Assembly (NCBI RefSeq): GCF_001194135.2
Contig: NC_068990.1
Location: 69,418,585 to 69,482,584, forward strand
DNA: 64,000 nt
Direction of reading: 5' to 3'
Source: Octopus bimaculoides
Taxonomy: Eukaryota
Made by a program: the position numbers and the translations under genes. The notes beneath the pieces were generated by a model. That model did not search any database and had not been told where the DNA came from. It saw nothing but the letters and a program-made list of their open reading frames with translations. Numbering within the stretch: position 1 is the stretch's first letter; each line of letters starts with the position of its first letter. Shown here piece after piece: positions 14,100 through 26,443 of the stretch.

Positions 14100-14358
14100 C
14101 AATGGTTATCAACCAGGATCCACATGGCCCTTGGGGGTCCATGTAAGATTTTGTTATTAAAATTAATGAGCAATGAATTGGTTATACTTCTACAATACTC
14201 AAAATATTTTAACAATTTTATTTTATACAATTCCTAATAATATTTAATTATGAAAATAAGATGTTATTTTTTAAACATTGAATGGCTATGAGTATCTGCC
14301 CAAGTAAAAAATAGGTATCCAAGGATGTCTATAAACAAAAAGTGGTTGAGATTCACAG
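14100..14358. mobile_element. Possible hAT-type MITE
   Basis: Degenerate ends caatggttatcaacc and ggttgagattcacag resemble CAGTGGTTCTCAACC-type TIRs. Confidence 0.35.
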
Positions 14359-15076
14359 CTACAACTTTTCATCTCTACCGTTTCCCTCTCTGCTGGATTC
14401 CCACTCAGTCAAAGAGGGTTTTGGTCTTGTGAGTTACATAGTGACTTCACTAGTGTCAATTCAACGAAAAATGCATTAAGTACACTCCTCTGTAATGTGG
14501 TTGGCATAAGGAAGGGCATCAAGCCATAGAAATCATGCCAGAGTAGACGACATTGGAGTACGACCAAGTTCTCCGAGCTGTCAAATCATGTCAAACCATC
14601 CTATCTCTGCCTGCATGAGAGATGCATATTAAAAGATGATACTGGTAGGGAGGGTGGTGGAAGAGGAGGAAGAACAGTATTTGTATATGCCTGGCTAATA
14701 TAGTGATTGATGTATTTCAAATAGTGCAAGATATAAAATTACTCTATGATAGTTTGTAACTGCTAGTAGTGAGTCAGGCTGTTTAGTTTCCTAGGCCAGC
14801 ACTGAATGTCATGTCATCTCTGGAAGTAATGTTTAAATCTCCAATGATAGAGCTTATCGCTTTTCTTGATCTCTCAAAGATAATGATAAGCATAATACTG
14901 ATCATTGATGATGATAAACTGCTATCAAATTAATTAGTGTTTTCACCATCGTTTTCTTAGATTTTCAATGATGGCAGCTGCTTCATTTTATGTTGGCAGA
15001 AAAGCATGTTTGGAGTTAATGAGTATTCTTGAAAAAGAAAACTGATCTTAAATCTTCTTTATATAACTATATATAT

Positions 15077-15405
15077 ATGGCTTAAGGGTTAGAGCATCAG
15101 GCTTACAATCATGAGGTAGTGATTTTGATTCCCGGACCGGGCTGTGTGTTGTGTTCTTAAGTAAGACAATTTATTTCACATTGCTCCAATTCACTCATCT
15201 GTAGAAATGAGTTGTGATATCACTGGTGCCAAGCTGTATTGGTCTTTGCTTTTCCTTTGGTTAACATCAGTGGCATAGAGAGGGAAGATCGGTATGCAGG
15301 GGTGACTGCTGGTCTTCTACAAACAACCTTGCCTGGACTTGTGCCTCAGAGGGTAACTTTCTACGTTCAATCCCATGGTCATTCATCACCGAAGGGCATC
15401 TTTAC
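15077..15405 (+). mobile_element. tRNA-derived SINE family D (my label)
   Basis: tRNA-like head followed by tgtgttcttaagtaagacaa-type core; copies at about 25285-25620(+), 30895-31052(-) and 58345-58640(-). Confidence 0.8.
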
Positions 15406-15689
15406 CTATATAAATATATATATATNNNNNNNNNNATAATACATCAGATTTTGAGTGAATCAGGCACTTAAATGGTAAGGCAACAGGTTGGGTTGAAAAA
15501 TAAAATGTATACACAACAAAAAGTAAAGGAATGCATATGCAGGTACTGAAGTACAAGCAGGAAGATATTCAGGTTATGTATGCAATTAACTGTACCTGAC
15601 TGAGCATAGCATGAGCCCTAAAGCTAATCTGGGAAACATACAATGCACTAAATGTAAAACCCATAATATACTTGAGGTCCACGCAAGGA

Positions 15690-16145
15690 GCAGGTTCTGC
15701 TATTCCAAACATTCTCAGACGTTTCAATACCCACAAACATGGGACCATGTCAGAGGCTTTCTTAAAGTCTATTCAAGCCATGCATAAATTCTTTAGTTGC
15801 TTTTTTCAGTCATTCTTGATTGCTTTGTCAATAACAAGATGATCCTTGGTTCCATTCTGAGGCAAATAATCATTCAAACATTTCTGCAGCAAATAATCAT
15901 TCAAACACTTTTGCTTTTCTACATCTTCCATAGAAAATTTAAGCACACAAATCAGTCTGTAAGTTCCAACTAAACTCTCTCTTCATTTTATCCATTATTA
16001 TCCAGCTTGGAACTTCTTCTTGTACTATATAATAATTTAGGTACTCCTCTAGTCTTGAATGAACACTTGTAAATCTTTTCAACCAAAATCCTTGGCTCCC
16101 ATCTGGTCCAGGAGATTTCCTGTGTGACATTTTCATAACTTGCTT
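15690..16145 (-). mobile_element. Decayed reverse-transcriptase fragment of an R4/Dong-like non-LTR element
   Basis: KSPGPDGSQGFWLKRF... and GTKDHLVIDKAI...NLCMA*IDFKKASDMVP on the minus strand. Confidence 0.8.
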
Positions 16146-16219
16146 TTGAATGTCAGTTTATTGTTGTTGATGTAGTTGCTGTTAATATTATTATTCATAT
16201 TATTGTCATTGTTATTATA

Positions 16220-16255
<36 letters not shown>

Positions 16256-16258
<3 letters not shown>

Positions 16259-16783
16259 TAGTTTTATTTTTATAACGTGCTTTCACTTCACTACCGAGCG
16301 CAGCTCTGTGCGCCTTGGGTATGTGCTGTGGTTTGCTGTGGTGCTCTTATGTTTACTGTATTGAAAGTGTTTTGCGTAGAATGTGTGCAGTACCCAGTAG
16401 TGCAATTTTCTGTATGTTATATATATTTGTAAGTCCTGGTGTTTTTGTTATGTATTTGTCTGAATATTTTTTTTATTATACCTAAGGCACCTACTATGAT
16501 AGGAATTGTTTCTGTTTTTAGATTCCACATTCGAGTTATCTCTATTTCCAGGTCTTTGTATTTTGAAAGTTTTTCCATTTCTTTTAGAGAAACGTTGTCA
16601 TCTGCTGGTATTGATACATCAATTAGAAAGCATTTTTTTTCTTCATGATCTTTGACAACTATATCTGGTCTATTTGCCTTAATTTCTCTATCTGTGTGTA
16701 TTGGCATATCCCAGAGTATGGTTGCTTTCTCGTTTTCTGTGACCTTTTCTGGCGTGTGTTTATACCATCTTTTTTCTGTTGCT
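16256..16783 (-). mobile_element. Young 5'-truncated R4/Dong-like retrotransposon (restriction-like endonuclease domain plus 3' UTR)
   Basis: EKRWYKHTPEKV...ILWDMPIHTDREIKANRPDIVVKD...LIDVSIP...KLSKYKDL...IPIIVGALG; one frameshift in an A-run; AATAAA near the 3' end; (AAT)n on both flanks. Confidence 0.9.
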
Positions 16784-16833
16784 ATTATTATTATTATTAT
16801 TACTATTACTATTATTATTATTATTACTATTAC

Positions 16834-16873
<40 letters not shown>

Positions 16874-16950
16874 TGTATTATTGTTATTATTATTATTTGT
16901 ATTATTATTGTTATTATTATTATTATTATTGTTGTTGTTGTTGTTGTTGT
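16783..16950 (+). repeat. (ATT)n/(GTT)n microsatellite abutting an EGFR splice acceptor
   Basis: Read directly; AG follows at 16951. Confidence 0.95.
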
Positions 16951-16952
16951 AG

Positions 16953-17312
16953 TTTGCCGTGGTACAAGACAAAAGTTCTCACATTCTGGTACACCCCAGA
17001 CCCGTTATGAAACACTGCGGAGAAAATACACGAACTGTACATATATTGAAGGCAACCTGGAAATTGTCTTCCTGATTGATTTATCAATTAAATACGACTT
17101 CTCGTTTCTAGAGACCATCAAAGAAATTACTGGTTATGTTCTTATTGTTCACGTTTATGCAGATTACATACCCCTAACTAATCTTCAAATTATACGTGGA
17201 CGAGAGCTTCTTGAAGTGGATGACCAACATTACAGTTTATACGTAGCTAATAATTATGACGAGACGTATAAAAAAATTGGCCTTAAAGAATTACGTTTCA
17301 AATCTCTTGGAG
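16953..17312 (+). CDS. EGFR: EGFR exon, first one found in the window: receptor L1 domain
   Basis: AG at 16951-52 and GTAAG at 17313; phase 1/1; (V)CRGTRQKFSHSG...YTNCTYIEGNLEIVFL...KELRFKSLG. Confidence 0.95.
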
Positions 17313-17426
17313 GTAAGCCTTAATTTATTTTGCTTCCAGTATAACAAGTTAGTTTTTAGTTTAAGTAACATGTTGTTATTTTCAATTTTTATCAAATAAA
17401 TCCTCATCACCATCATCATCATCATC

Positions 17427-17458
<32 letters not shown>

Positions 17459-17859
17459 CATTTTAACATCTACTTTTCCATGCTTGCATGAATCAGTCAG
17501 ACAGGTAGGTCATCATTGAGGCATATTTTCTTTGGTTGAATGCTCTTCCAGTCACCAGCCTTCATTGTGTAAGTTATTTGCAGTACCACCCGATTGCTCA
17601 GTTTGCCTAGTGCATAGTGCTGATCCTGATGTCATCCATATCTTTCCTAATAGGATTTACAACGTAAATGAAGTAGAAAGTCACATGATCTGAAATTGGA
17701 TTTTAAACCCATTTTGCCAGGAGCTACATGTATACTCTTTACTCTTTACTCTTCATCACTCATATCAACCATTGTCAAACCTCACAGTTTAAAGACTTTA
17801 TACGTAGGTGGCCTCAACAATAACTAGTGACTGTGAACTCTAAAAGAGATAAAATATAT

Positions 17860-18495
17860 TTTAACCTTTAAATTCTTGTCATGCTTTTGGTACAATAAGA
17901 AAACTAGTGAAAGGTACTCACACTTTAAAGTGGCAGTGCAGCCATTTCTTCTGGCATTTCCCAGCTCTTACATGGTGGAAGCTGGCTTCAGCCATGTAAA
18001 CGCAATCCTCAGCAAAGAGAGGAATCACCTGAACCTGGAGGAACGAAGTGATTTGAGACTGAAACTTACCAGCATTTGACCTGATATCAATGCCTTGATT
18101 CAAGATTACCATGCTTATGCCTCACACTGATGTTGTCAGTTTCACTAAAAAATATTCCAGCAATATAATGCATTTTTCACATTTTCTAACCATGAAAACA
18201 ATTTCATAAAAATTAAAAGTTTAATACTGTATGCTTGTACATGTTTTAAATGTAAAAAGTGTGTCATCTTCAATAGAATTTCTTAAATTGTCATATATGC
18301 ATATTTTAGCTAAAATGTTAATTGCCAGCATCAGTACCCGATATGCATTTAAGATATGGTATGGTTGGGTAGAGTATTAAGATATTGTAAATGAGAAGGT
18401 AGGTCGATGCAGAAGGAGAAGTGGCTAAAGGAGGTCAATGTGGAAGGAGAAGTGGCTAAAGGGAGTCGATGGTCAAAAAAGTTTGGCGACCCCTG
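17860..18495 (+). mobile_element. hAT (Charlie/Buster-like) 3' fragment
   Basis: LLAFPSSYMVEAGFSHVNAILSKERNHLNLEERSDLRLKLT resembles the hAT C-terminal dimerization region; terminus aaagtttggcgacccctg is the reverse complement of CAGGGGTCGCCAAAC. Confidence 0.8.
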
Positions 18496-18509
18496 CTTCA
18501 AGGAACATA

Positions 18510-19660
18510 ATGAGTAATGCCATCCCTACCGGAGAGGATGAAAACATCTTTTCATAATAGGTAAAAGTGTTGACACTCTCACTACACTTGCTATAACTAA
18601 GTCTTCTCTTGGAAGATTTGGTTATGGAAATTGGAGGTCAAGGATTGGATGCTTATTCTCTCAACACTCCAGACAGAAATGAAAATGCTTGTCCCAATCA
18701 CCTCATTCTCAGACAAACATCCACAAACTCAAGCTGTACATTGCTGACAACGAGCCCCTTCTGAATTCTGATCAAGCTGATGTATACAATTTCTTCCATG
18801 GAAACATCTACACACACACTGGCAGAAGCATCTTCTTAGTAAACTGGAAAAACATTCCTCCTGAATCTTCTTGCGAAGTTGCAGCATAATGGTGACCTTG
18901 CTATTGCTTTTGCCTCATCAGGAATAGCTTTGACTCTTCTCAACAGCAGACGAACAGCACACTCTACCTTCAAGAAAACCCAACATGTCACATAATGCAT
19001 TCCTTGGATGAAGCAACAATTTTGAAAAAGTGCAAATTCGTTGTTTGGGATGAAGCAAATATGTTCCATAAATTTTCGCTACAAGCACTTGATACCACAA
19101 TGAGATACCTTAGATCAAACAACAACATCTTTGGAGGTGCAACTCTACTTCTTGCAGAGATTTTTAACAAACTTTGCTTATTATATCCAAAGGAACACCC
19201 GTTGATGAACTTAAAGCCTGCCTTAAAAAATCCCTCTTTTGGTCGCATGTTCAATCAAAACAACTCACCATCAACATGAGATCACCCCTACAGACAGGTC
19301 AGCCTACAACCCAGTTTTCGAAAACGCTCCTTAAAATTGGCAATGGACAAATTACATCCGACAACAATGTATACATTGACACTACCACCATTGGCCACAT
19401 TGTCTCCAGCCCTGATGACTTATGTTCTGCCATTTATCCACATCTTACAACGAAATACATAAAACCAAATTGGTTTTGCAATAGGGCTGTTCTTACACCT
19501 AGAAATGCAGCTGTCAACACTCTTAACTATGACTTATTCAGTCAGCTACCTTCTCAAGAATGTTATTACAGATCAGTTGACACCATTTCCAACTTCGATC
19601 AGGTTACACACTTTCCAACAGAATATTTCTCAACTCCAAAGATACTGCAGCACTCCCTCC
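18510..19660 (+). mobile_element. Helitron PIF1-like helicase relic
   Basis: Frameshifted AFASSGIA...RTAHSTFK, VVWDEANM, ALDTTMRYL...FGGATLLLA, LLKIGNG, RAVLTPRN, FPTEY. Confidence 0.88.
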
Positions 19661-19827
19661 CTCTTAAATTCAACAAACACCAGAACATAAGTTCTGGTGT
19701 CCACTAAGTGGTCATCCCTTCTTATACACATGTAATACAATTTTTCTGAATTTTCAGAATTTTTATATGCTAGGCCACTGGTTTTAAATTGATGTTAATT
19801 GAATTAATATTCAATTTATCACCCGCA

Positions 19828-19881
<54 letters not shown>

Positions 19882-20207
19882 TAAAAGGATTTATTTAAAT
19901 AACTATTGTACCAATGTTTTCTAAATGGACTTATTATAACTTGATATAATAAATATCCTCATTTCATCAGCAATTGAATTCTAAATGAAGAAAAATATAT
20001 TATTTGCTATTATACTTTGAAAACTAGAAACCATACATTTGACCAACCACCACCTGCAAAAAAAAAAAAAAAAAATTTTTTTAAATAGATGGAAAAGTAT
20101 ATTATTTTGGGTCAAATAATTTTTGTGCTTATATACCATGATGTTTTTTTTTATTTATCCAATCTTTTTTAACTTTAACCTTTCTCCATTTCTGTTTTAT
20201 AATTCAG

Positions 20208-20342
20208 AAATCCTCAGTGGAAAAGTTGCTTTTGTAGACAATCTCCTACTGTGTTATGAAGTGACTGTCAATTGGACAGATATTAATCCAACATCAAATC
20301 CGCCAGTCATATTCGTCCATTCTGAAGGCGTGAGGAGACAAT
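20208..20342 (+). CDS. EGFR: EGFR exon: end of L1
   Basis: ttcag acceptor, gtaagt donor; phase 1/1; EILSGKVAFVDNLLLCYEVTVNWTDINP...VRRQ. Confidence 0.93.
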
Positions 20343-20767
20343 GTAAGTAATTTTTAAAAAAAATTTTTATGATGCATTTCACCTGTTCGTACTTTATATG
20401 AAATGATACTTTGCACACACAATGTCATTAATAGGATACAAAGGATATTTTAAATAAAAAATATCAAAAGAAAAATATTTTTACATTTGATGTTTTTTAT
20501 ACAATGAGGAAGGAATTGGATGATTCCTCAAAGTTGTGTAATTATTTAATTTTTGACTTGTTTTTTAAAGCCTAGTCCTTATTCTATTGGTCTCTTTTGC
20601 CAAACTGCTAAGTTACAGGGACGTAAACACACCAACACCAGTTGTCAAGCAGTTGGTGGGGGGGGGACAAAGACCCACACAGAGATATATTCACACATAC
20701 CTACATGTGTGTGTGCATGTGTGTATACATACACACACACACACACAATGGGCTTCTTTCAGTTTCT

Positions 20768-20980
20768 TATTGTCTAAACATAGAGGAGACAAACAAGAAC
20801 AGACAAAGGTATTAAGTCGATGACATCGACCCCAGTGTGTAACTGGTACTTAATTTATCGACCCCGGAAGGATGAAAGGCAAAGTTGACCTCAGCAGAAT
20901 TTGGACTCAGAACGTAACAGCAGACGAAATATCGCTAAGCATTTCGCCCAGCATGCTAACGTTTCTGCCAGCTCGCCGCT
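20768..20980 (-). mobile_element. tRNA-derived SINE family B (my label), nested in a family A copy
   Basis: 16-bp TSD; other copies at about 1975-2095, 28600-28850, 29380-29592, 34955-35172, 48725-48940(+), 54490-54697, 54720-54940, 59360-59575(+). Confidence 0.88.
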
Positions 20981-21839
20981 GCTTCTTTCAGTTTCTGCCT
21001 ACCAAATCCACTCACAAGGCCTTGGTTGGCCCAAAGCTATAGTAGAAGACACTTGCCCAAAGTGCCATGCAGTGTGAGAGGATTCGAAACCATGTGGTCG
21101 GGAAGCATGCTTCTTACCGCACAGCCACACCTGTGCCTATCTGTGCATTATTTGAGCAAAATTATTAGCTCATTTCATGAAACATTTAATCTTGATATTG
21201 GAGTAAAATATTTATTTTTAATTTGATTTGAAGGACATAAGTTAACTATTGCTTCTTGCCTTGAGAAAAATATCACATGAGTAAAGGATTAAACATTCAG
21301 TTTCTGTAAATATCTCAACTAGATCATTCTACTCTTGAGACTCTGTTGAAGTCTACCTGTTATGGTCTTTGTGCCGTATAGGGGAGAAATGGGATGAAGT
21401 GGCTGGGTTATGTGCTGGAGAAGGATGATGGAAATAAATGTAGAAGAAAGCAGAGGAGGTCTAAGAAAAACTTATGTATTTGTGTATTTTAAATATCAGA
21501 GAATATTTTATGTGTATATTAAAATGGTAAATATAACTCTGTACTATAATATTATGGCTTTAATTTCAATACAAGCCTTCATTGAACTCAATTTGTTAAT
21601 TATCACCACTAAGAGTTTCTCCACTTAATGATTTACAAGAAATTTTAAACTTTATTGTTTAAAAGTAAAAATCAAATGTTTTTTTTTTCTTTTTCTAACT
21701 GAAAAGCATATGACATTGTGCAATGCCCTCATGTATCTCACACATGACATTCTATTAGACACAAACATTCTTGGTCAACTAACAGAACAGTAAAACGACA
21801 TGATTTGATAATGACTAATCACTGAGATCATGAATGTTG

Positions 21840-22070
21840 GCTAACAACTAAAAGCAGCTGAATTGAGGTTTCTTCAAAGGATCTTTGGAGTAATGAGATC
21901 CCTCCAACTTGAATTGTTACTTCACTGCATTGAGAGGTCACAGGTCCAGTGCTTCAGATACATGGTTTGAATGAATGTTGCAGGACAGAATCACAAGATG
22001 GATTTTTCAAGCCAAACCAACTGGCAAGAGACATAGGGGCAAACCAAGAATGAGATGATTGGATAATATC
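21840..22070 (+). mobile_element. Degenerate RTE-like LINE C-terminal fragment
   Basis: LKAAELRFLQRIFG...IERSQVQCF...PTGKRHRGKPRMR*LDNI. Confidence 0.6.
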
Positions 22071-22204
22071 CATAGTTCCAGTCAGTCACACTTGGAAATC
22101 TAAATGTAGACCGTAATGTTGATTGCTTCTGACAGGTTGCTATAGAGGAGGTGCCTAAGAATTCTATCTCAGAAACCATCCCATAAATAGTGAATGGATA
22201 TATA

Positions 22205-22419
22205 TGGGGGTGATGAAAAGTTCCTGGCTTTTGGTAAAAGAAAATACAGGAGGATCAGTTAATTATGATTTTATTCAACATGTTCCCCTTTCAGGTTCAC
22301 TCACTTATTGCAGTGGTCCTTCAGTTTTTATAAGCCCTGTAAAAGAACTCAGAAGGTTGGGTCTCCAACCAAGCCTTTTACAATACCTGTAGAGCCAGGA
22401 ACTTTTTAGTACCCCTTCA
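22205..22419 (-). mobile_element. Mariner-derived MITE, copy 1
   Basis: Roughly 28-bp imperfect TIRs with TA flanks; interior resembles a mariner transposase 3' end. Confidence 0.8.
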
Positions 22420-22510
22420 TACAAAACCACTGAGACTTGTAACTTATCTCACTTGTTTCATGCAAGAGGTATTTTATTTCATTTAATTGGTTTGTTGTAT
22501 ATATTTACAG

Positions 22511-22594
22511 GTGAGCCATGCCACTCCAGCTGTTATCAAAATATCACAAAAAGAAGAAATTGTTGGGGTTCTGGACCAGACATGTGCCAAAAAT
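22511..22594 (+). CDS. EGFR: EGFR exon: start of Cys-rich domain II
   Basis: tacag acceptor, gtgag donor; phase 1/1; CEPCHSSCYQNITKRRNCWGSGPDMCQK. Confidence 0.93.
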
Positions 22595-23519
22595 GTGAGT
22601 TGCTTTGAACTTATTTTAACTTCCCTTTGTGTTGTAACTGAAGGTGCGTGACTTAATAGTTAGGATGTTGCATTCACAATTGCAAGATTGTGGCTTCATT
22701 TCTTAGACTGGGTTGTGTGTTGTGTTTTAGAGTAAAACACTTCATTTCACATTGATTTAAGCCACTTAGCCATAAAGGGGTAACTCTGCAATAGATTGGT
22801 TTCCTGTTCAGAGAATATGTTGTGACCTTAGTCATTCATATGTCATGGAAACCGGGTAACTGACCCTGCGAGTCTAAAGACCCAAGACAGTCATGACCAA
22901 GGGACTTATTTTTCTGCTATAAGTTTTCATTAGTCTCCTTATATTATCTACCAATTGATTATTTTAATTTTACACATTCCTAGATACATTCCTGCCTTAC
23001 ACAACTTGCCCTATCACCTTTTCAAATCTCTCATCCTATTTTCTGAATTCCATTATTAATCCCTTCTCTCTACCTCATTCCTCCCTCATAGTCCCCTCTT
23101 ACTATTCCTCATCTCTCTGTCTAGAATCATCACTCACTCTCTCTTCTATCCTCCCTCTGTTATAGGGGCTATTTTACAGTCTAAGCTTTGCATGTTATGA
23201 GGTGACAATTACTAGTGCTAGTGTCATGAAAAATGTACCCACTACACTCTTGTTGCTTTGAGATTTTGATGAGGTAACTGTTAATTTTTAGAATAATATT
23301 GTAAGATTGGTGTGAGAGGCCACATCTGGCTAGTTTGACCATGAAGCAGGTAGAATATTTTGGCCAGATATGGTCGGTTTAAATACTAAAGGGTTAAATT
23401 TCAAAATTAAAACATTTCTCAATTGTTTTGAATCTTTATTAAGATCAGATTTTGTTTAATGTCAACAAAAAAATAATTGTTTATATTTGTCTATTTGTCT
23501 GTTTTGTTTGTGCTTTTAG

Positions 23520-23641
23520 TGAGTTTTGGTCCTGCGTGCAGTGCTTCCTGTGACAATCGTTGTTTTGGTTACCTACCGAATCAATGTTGCCATACTGAAT
23601 GTGCAGCTGGATGTACTGGGCCCAAGAAAACAGATTGTCTT
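23520..23641 (+). CDS. EGFR: EGFR exon: domain II
   Basis: tttag acceptor, gtacgt donor; phase 1/0; [41 protein letters not shown]. Confidence 0.95.
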
Positions 23642-23716
23642 GTACGTAGCATTTTGTTTGTAATCATTGGTATTATATCTACTTACATTCTTCCATTGTA
23701 TATCTATTTATAATTA

Positions 23717-25211
23717 TACTAAAGTACAAAAGAAACGTCACACTGTAAAAGATTATTTGTTTCACACACGATATTGACATTATATAGATCTTATTATTTT
23801 TCTAGGTAATTTGACATCAGGAAGTTGTCACCACTCCCTTTTGAAAACACAAGGATTTCATATAGGGTTCAAACTCACTCACTTTTTGTGAACATGGTAA
23901 TGCTTGTGAATGCATCTTTATGAAAAGCATGATCCACATGCAAAACATTGACTCATTGGGTATAAAAGGCACCAAATTTACCAGCCTATCAATCATTTCC
24001 TGAACACAACAAGCATACCGAGACTGATATGAAATCAGAGGGAGCAAGCCATCGGATGTCTCCATGCTGGTCAATGTCCATGAGTCAGTGCTAATGATTT
24101 GAATTGCAATATACAGACAACTAAGTGGCTGAGGGAATGATAACAAAGTCACAAACAGCATAAATAATTGTCCACGCAGTGGCCGACCGAGGGTTACAAT
24201 GGCATGTGAGATCACCACCTGCACCAACAACACTTATAGGACCAATTCTGATGGGCAACGGAATCAGTTATACAGACTATAGGGACTCACCACAGATCCA
24301 TTTGTGCAGAGACAGTTTGCCACTGGCTGAGATCTTCCAATCTGTCTTGTCAACGTCTGGCAAGGGACCCCATCCTCGCAGATCATCATCAACAGGTACA
24401 TCTGCGGTGGGCTCAAAAACGTCAGAACTGGTGATATCAGCAGTGAAGGATTGTTTGATATTAGCAGTGAAGGATTGTAGTCTTCCCTGACTAAAGTTGA
24501 CATTACATTTCTGTGACAGATGGCAGACCTAGTGTTTGGAGAAGAAGGGGTGAACGTCATGCTGATGGCTGTGTGATGAGGAGGACAAAGCATCATGGTA
24601 TGGGGCAGGATTGCACTCAACCAGAAACTTGGACTGGTGGTCTTCCAAAACATCAGCCAAGGCCAGGGCAGTAGAGTAGCTGCTGCTCATTACATCAACC
24701 AAGTGTTGAGGCCTCACATTGTGTCATATTTTGCCCATCATCAGAATCATGTGTTCCAACATGTCAACACCCATGCGTATACTGCCAGGTTGAGAACAGA
24801 GTTCCTCCAACAGCACAACATCCAGACACTGTCATGGCCTGCCCTAAGTCCAGACTTGAACCCCATCGAGCACCTGTGGGATGAAATCCAAAGAAGGCTA
24901 AATGACATCTGTCCAAGGCCAACGACTGTGGCACAACTCACTGCAACTTTTAACAGTGTGGGTTGCTTCATCAGTCGTTTGGTGCATTCAATGTACAGAA
25001 GATGCCTGGCGGTAATCAACGCTAACAGTGGTCACACAAGATATTGAGTTCATATCTTTGGATCCAGGATACTCCATCATCATGTGACATCAAGCATGTT
25101 ACAGGAAATGATGTTTTATCATTAATTAGCACTCTTCAATCAATGCTATGGCAGTCTGTTAATAAACCAGTTTCTATTTAGTATGTGCGACGTTTCTTTT
25201 GTGGTTCCATT
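23717..25211 (+). mobile_element. Near full-length inactive Tc1 transposon
   Basis: TIR core ACAAAAGAAACGTC(A/G)CAC at both ends; RSGRPRVT HTH linker; SIMVWG...WPALSPDLNPIEHLWD. Confidence 0.9.
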
Positions 25212-26443
25212 TATGATAATATAATAATATAATGATTATATAAATGAGGCCTTAGGGTATTATCATATATATTATGATAATACAGTGAAGGTACATGACT
25301 TAGTGGTTAGAACATCAGGCTTACAATCGAGGGGTTGCAACTTCAATTTCCAGAACAGGTTGTGTGTTGTGTTCTTGAGGAAGTTATTTTATTTCAAGTC
25401 GCTCCAGTTCACTTAGCTGTAGAAATGTGTTGCAATGTCATTGGTGCCAAGCTGTATCAGCTTTTGCGTTTCTCTTGCATAACACTAGTGGTGTGAAGAG
25501 GGAAGACTGGTATGCATGGGTGACTGCTGGTTTTCCATAAACAACCTTGCCTGGAATTGTATCTCAGAGAGGAACTTCTAGTGCAATCCTATGGTCATTC
25601 ATGATCAAAGGGGATTTTTACCTTTTTTTTTTTCTTTTTACACTTATAACAATATATCACGTGACTGACCAGGCTATCAGATGTTGTTACACATCACTGG
25701 TCGCAATGCGTTTTGCATTGTTTTAGCCTTCAAATGATGCCACCCTGCTGACTAGACAAGCAGGCCAACAATGTCCCCCCCCCACCTCCAATCAAAAGAG
25801 GGACTGGAGCAACATGAAATGAAGTGTTTTGCTCAAGAATATGATGCACTGCCCAGTCAGGGAATCAAACCTATGATCTTGTGATCGTGAGTGCAACAGC
25901 CTAACCACTAGGCCAGGTACCTAGTGGTTATAATGTTTTGTTCATTTTATACCTGTTTTTCCATGTTAGCATTGCTTGGATGGGGATTAAATTTGAAGTG
26001 GAATTGCTCTTCCTGTCACCAATCTTCATCCATTCTTCAAGTGAGGGGGTGGTTTTCATCCACATCTTCTCAACGTTTGTTAACATTTGTACTTCTCTGC
26101 AAATTACTAAGCCACACAGTGGTGACACTGTTGTCATCTTTTCCCTGTCAGCACAGTTATTCGGTGGATTTGCATCTTTGGAGATGCGTCAAAATAAGAG
26201 ATCCTTTACTTGCAAAACAATTAAGTGTTAGTGACAGGAAAGGTATCTCGCTGTAAACCAATGTTTCAATAATATATTCATCTGGCCCATGTTAGCATAA
26301 AAAAAAAAACAGACATAAAAAGGAATCAATAGACAAATATTTGATATATCATCATATCTTCTGTCTTTTTATTTTCATATTTTTCACAAACTTTAACTGG
26401 AATTGTTGTGTTTTATGGAAATGCTTTCTTTTGTTCCTTATAG

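Noticed and set aside
14960-15035. AG followed by ATGATGGCAGCT... as a candidate first coding exon
   Set aside because: The peptide is not a signal sequence and the only phase-1 donor (gtattc) is weak.
16652-16952. Hydrophobic poly-Ile/Val N-terminus of ORF 16652-17323 as a signal or TM segment
   Set aside because: It is intronic retroelement and (ATT)n/(GTT)n sequence that happens to be in frame with the exon.
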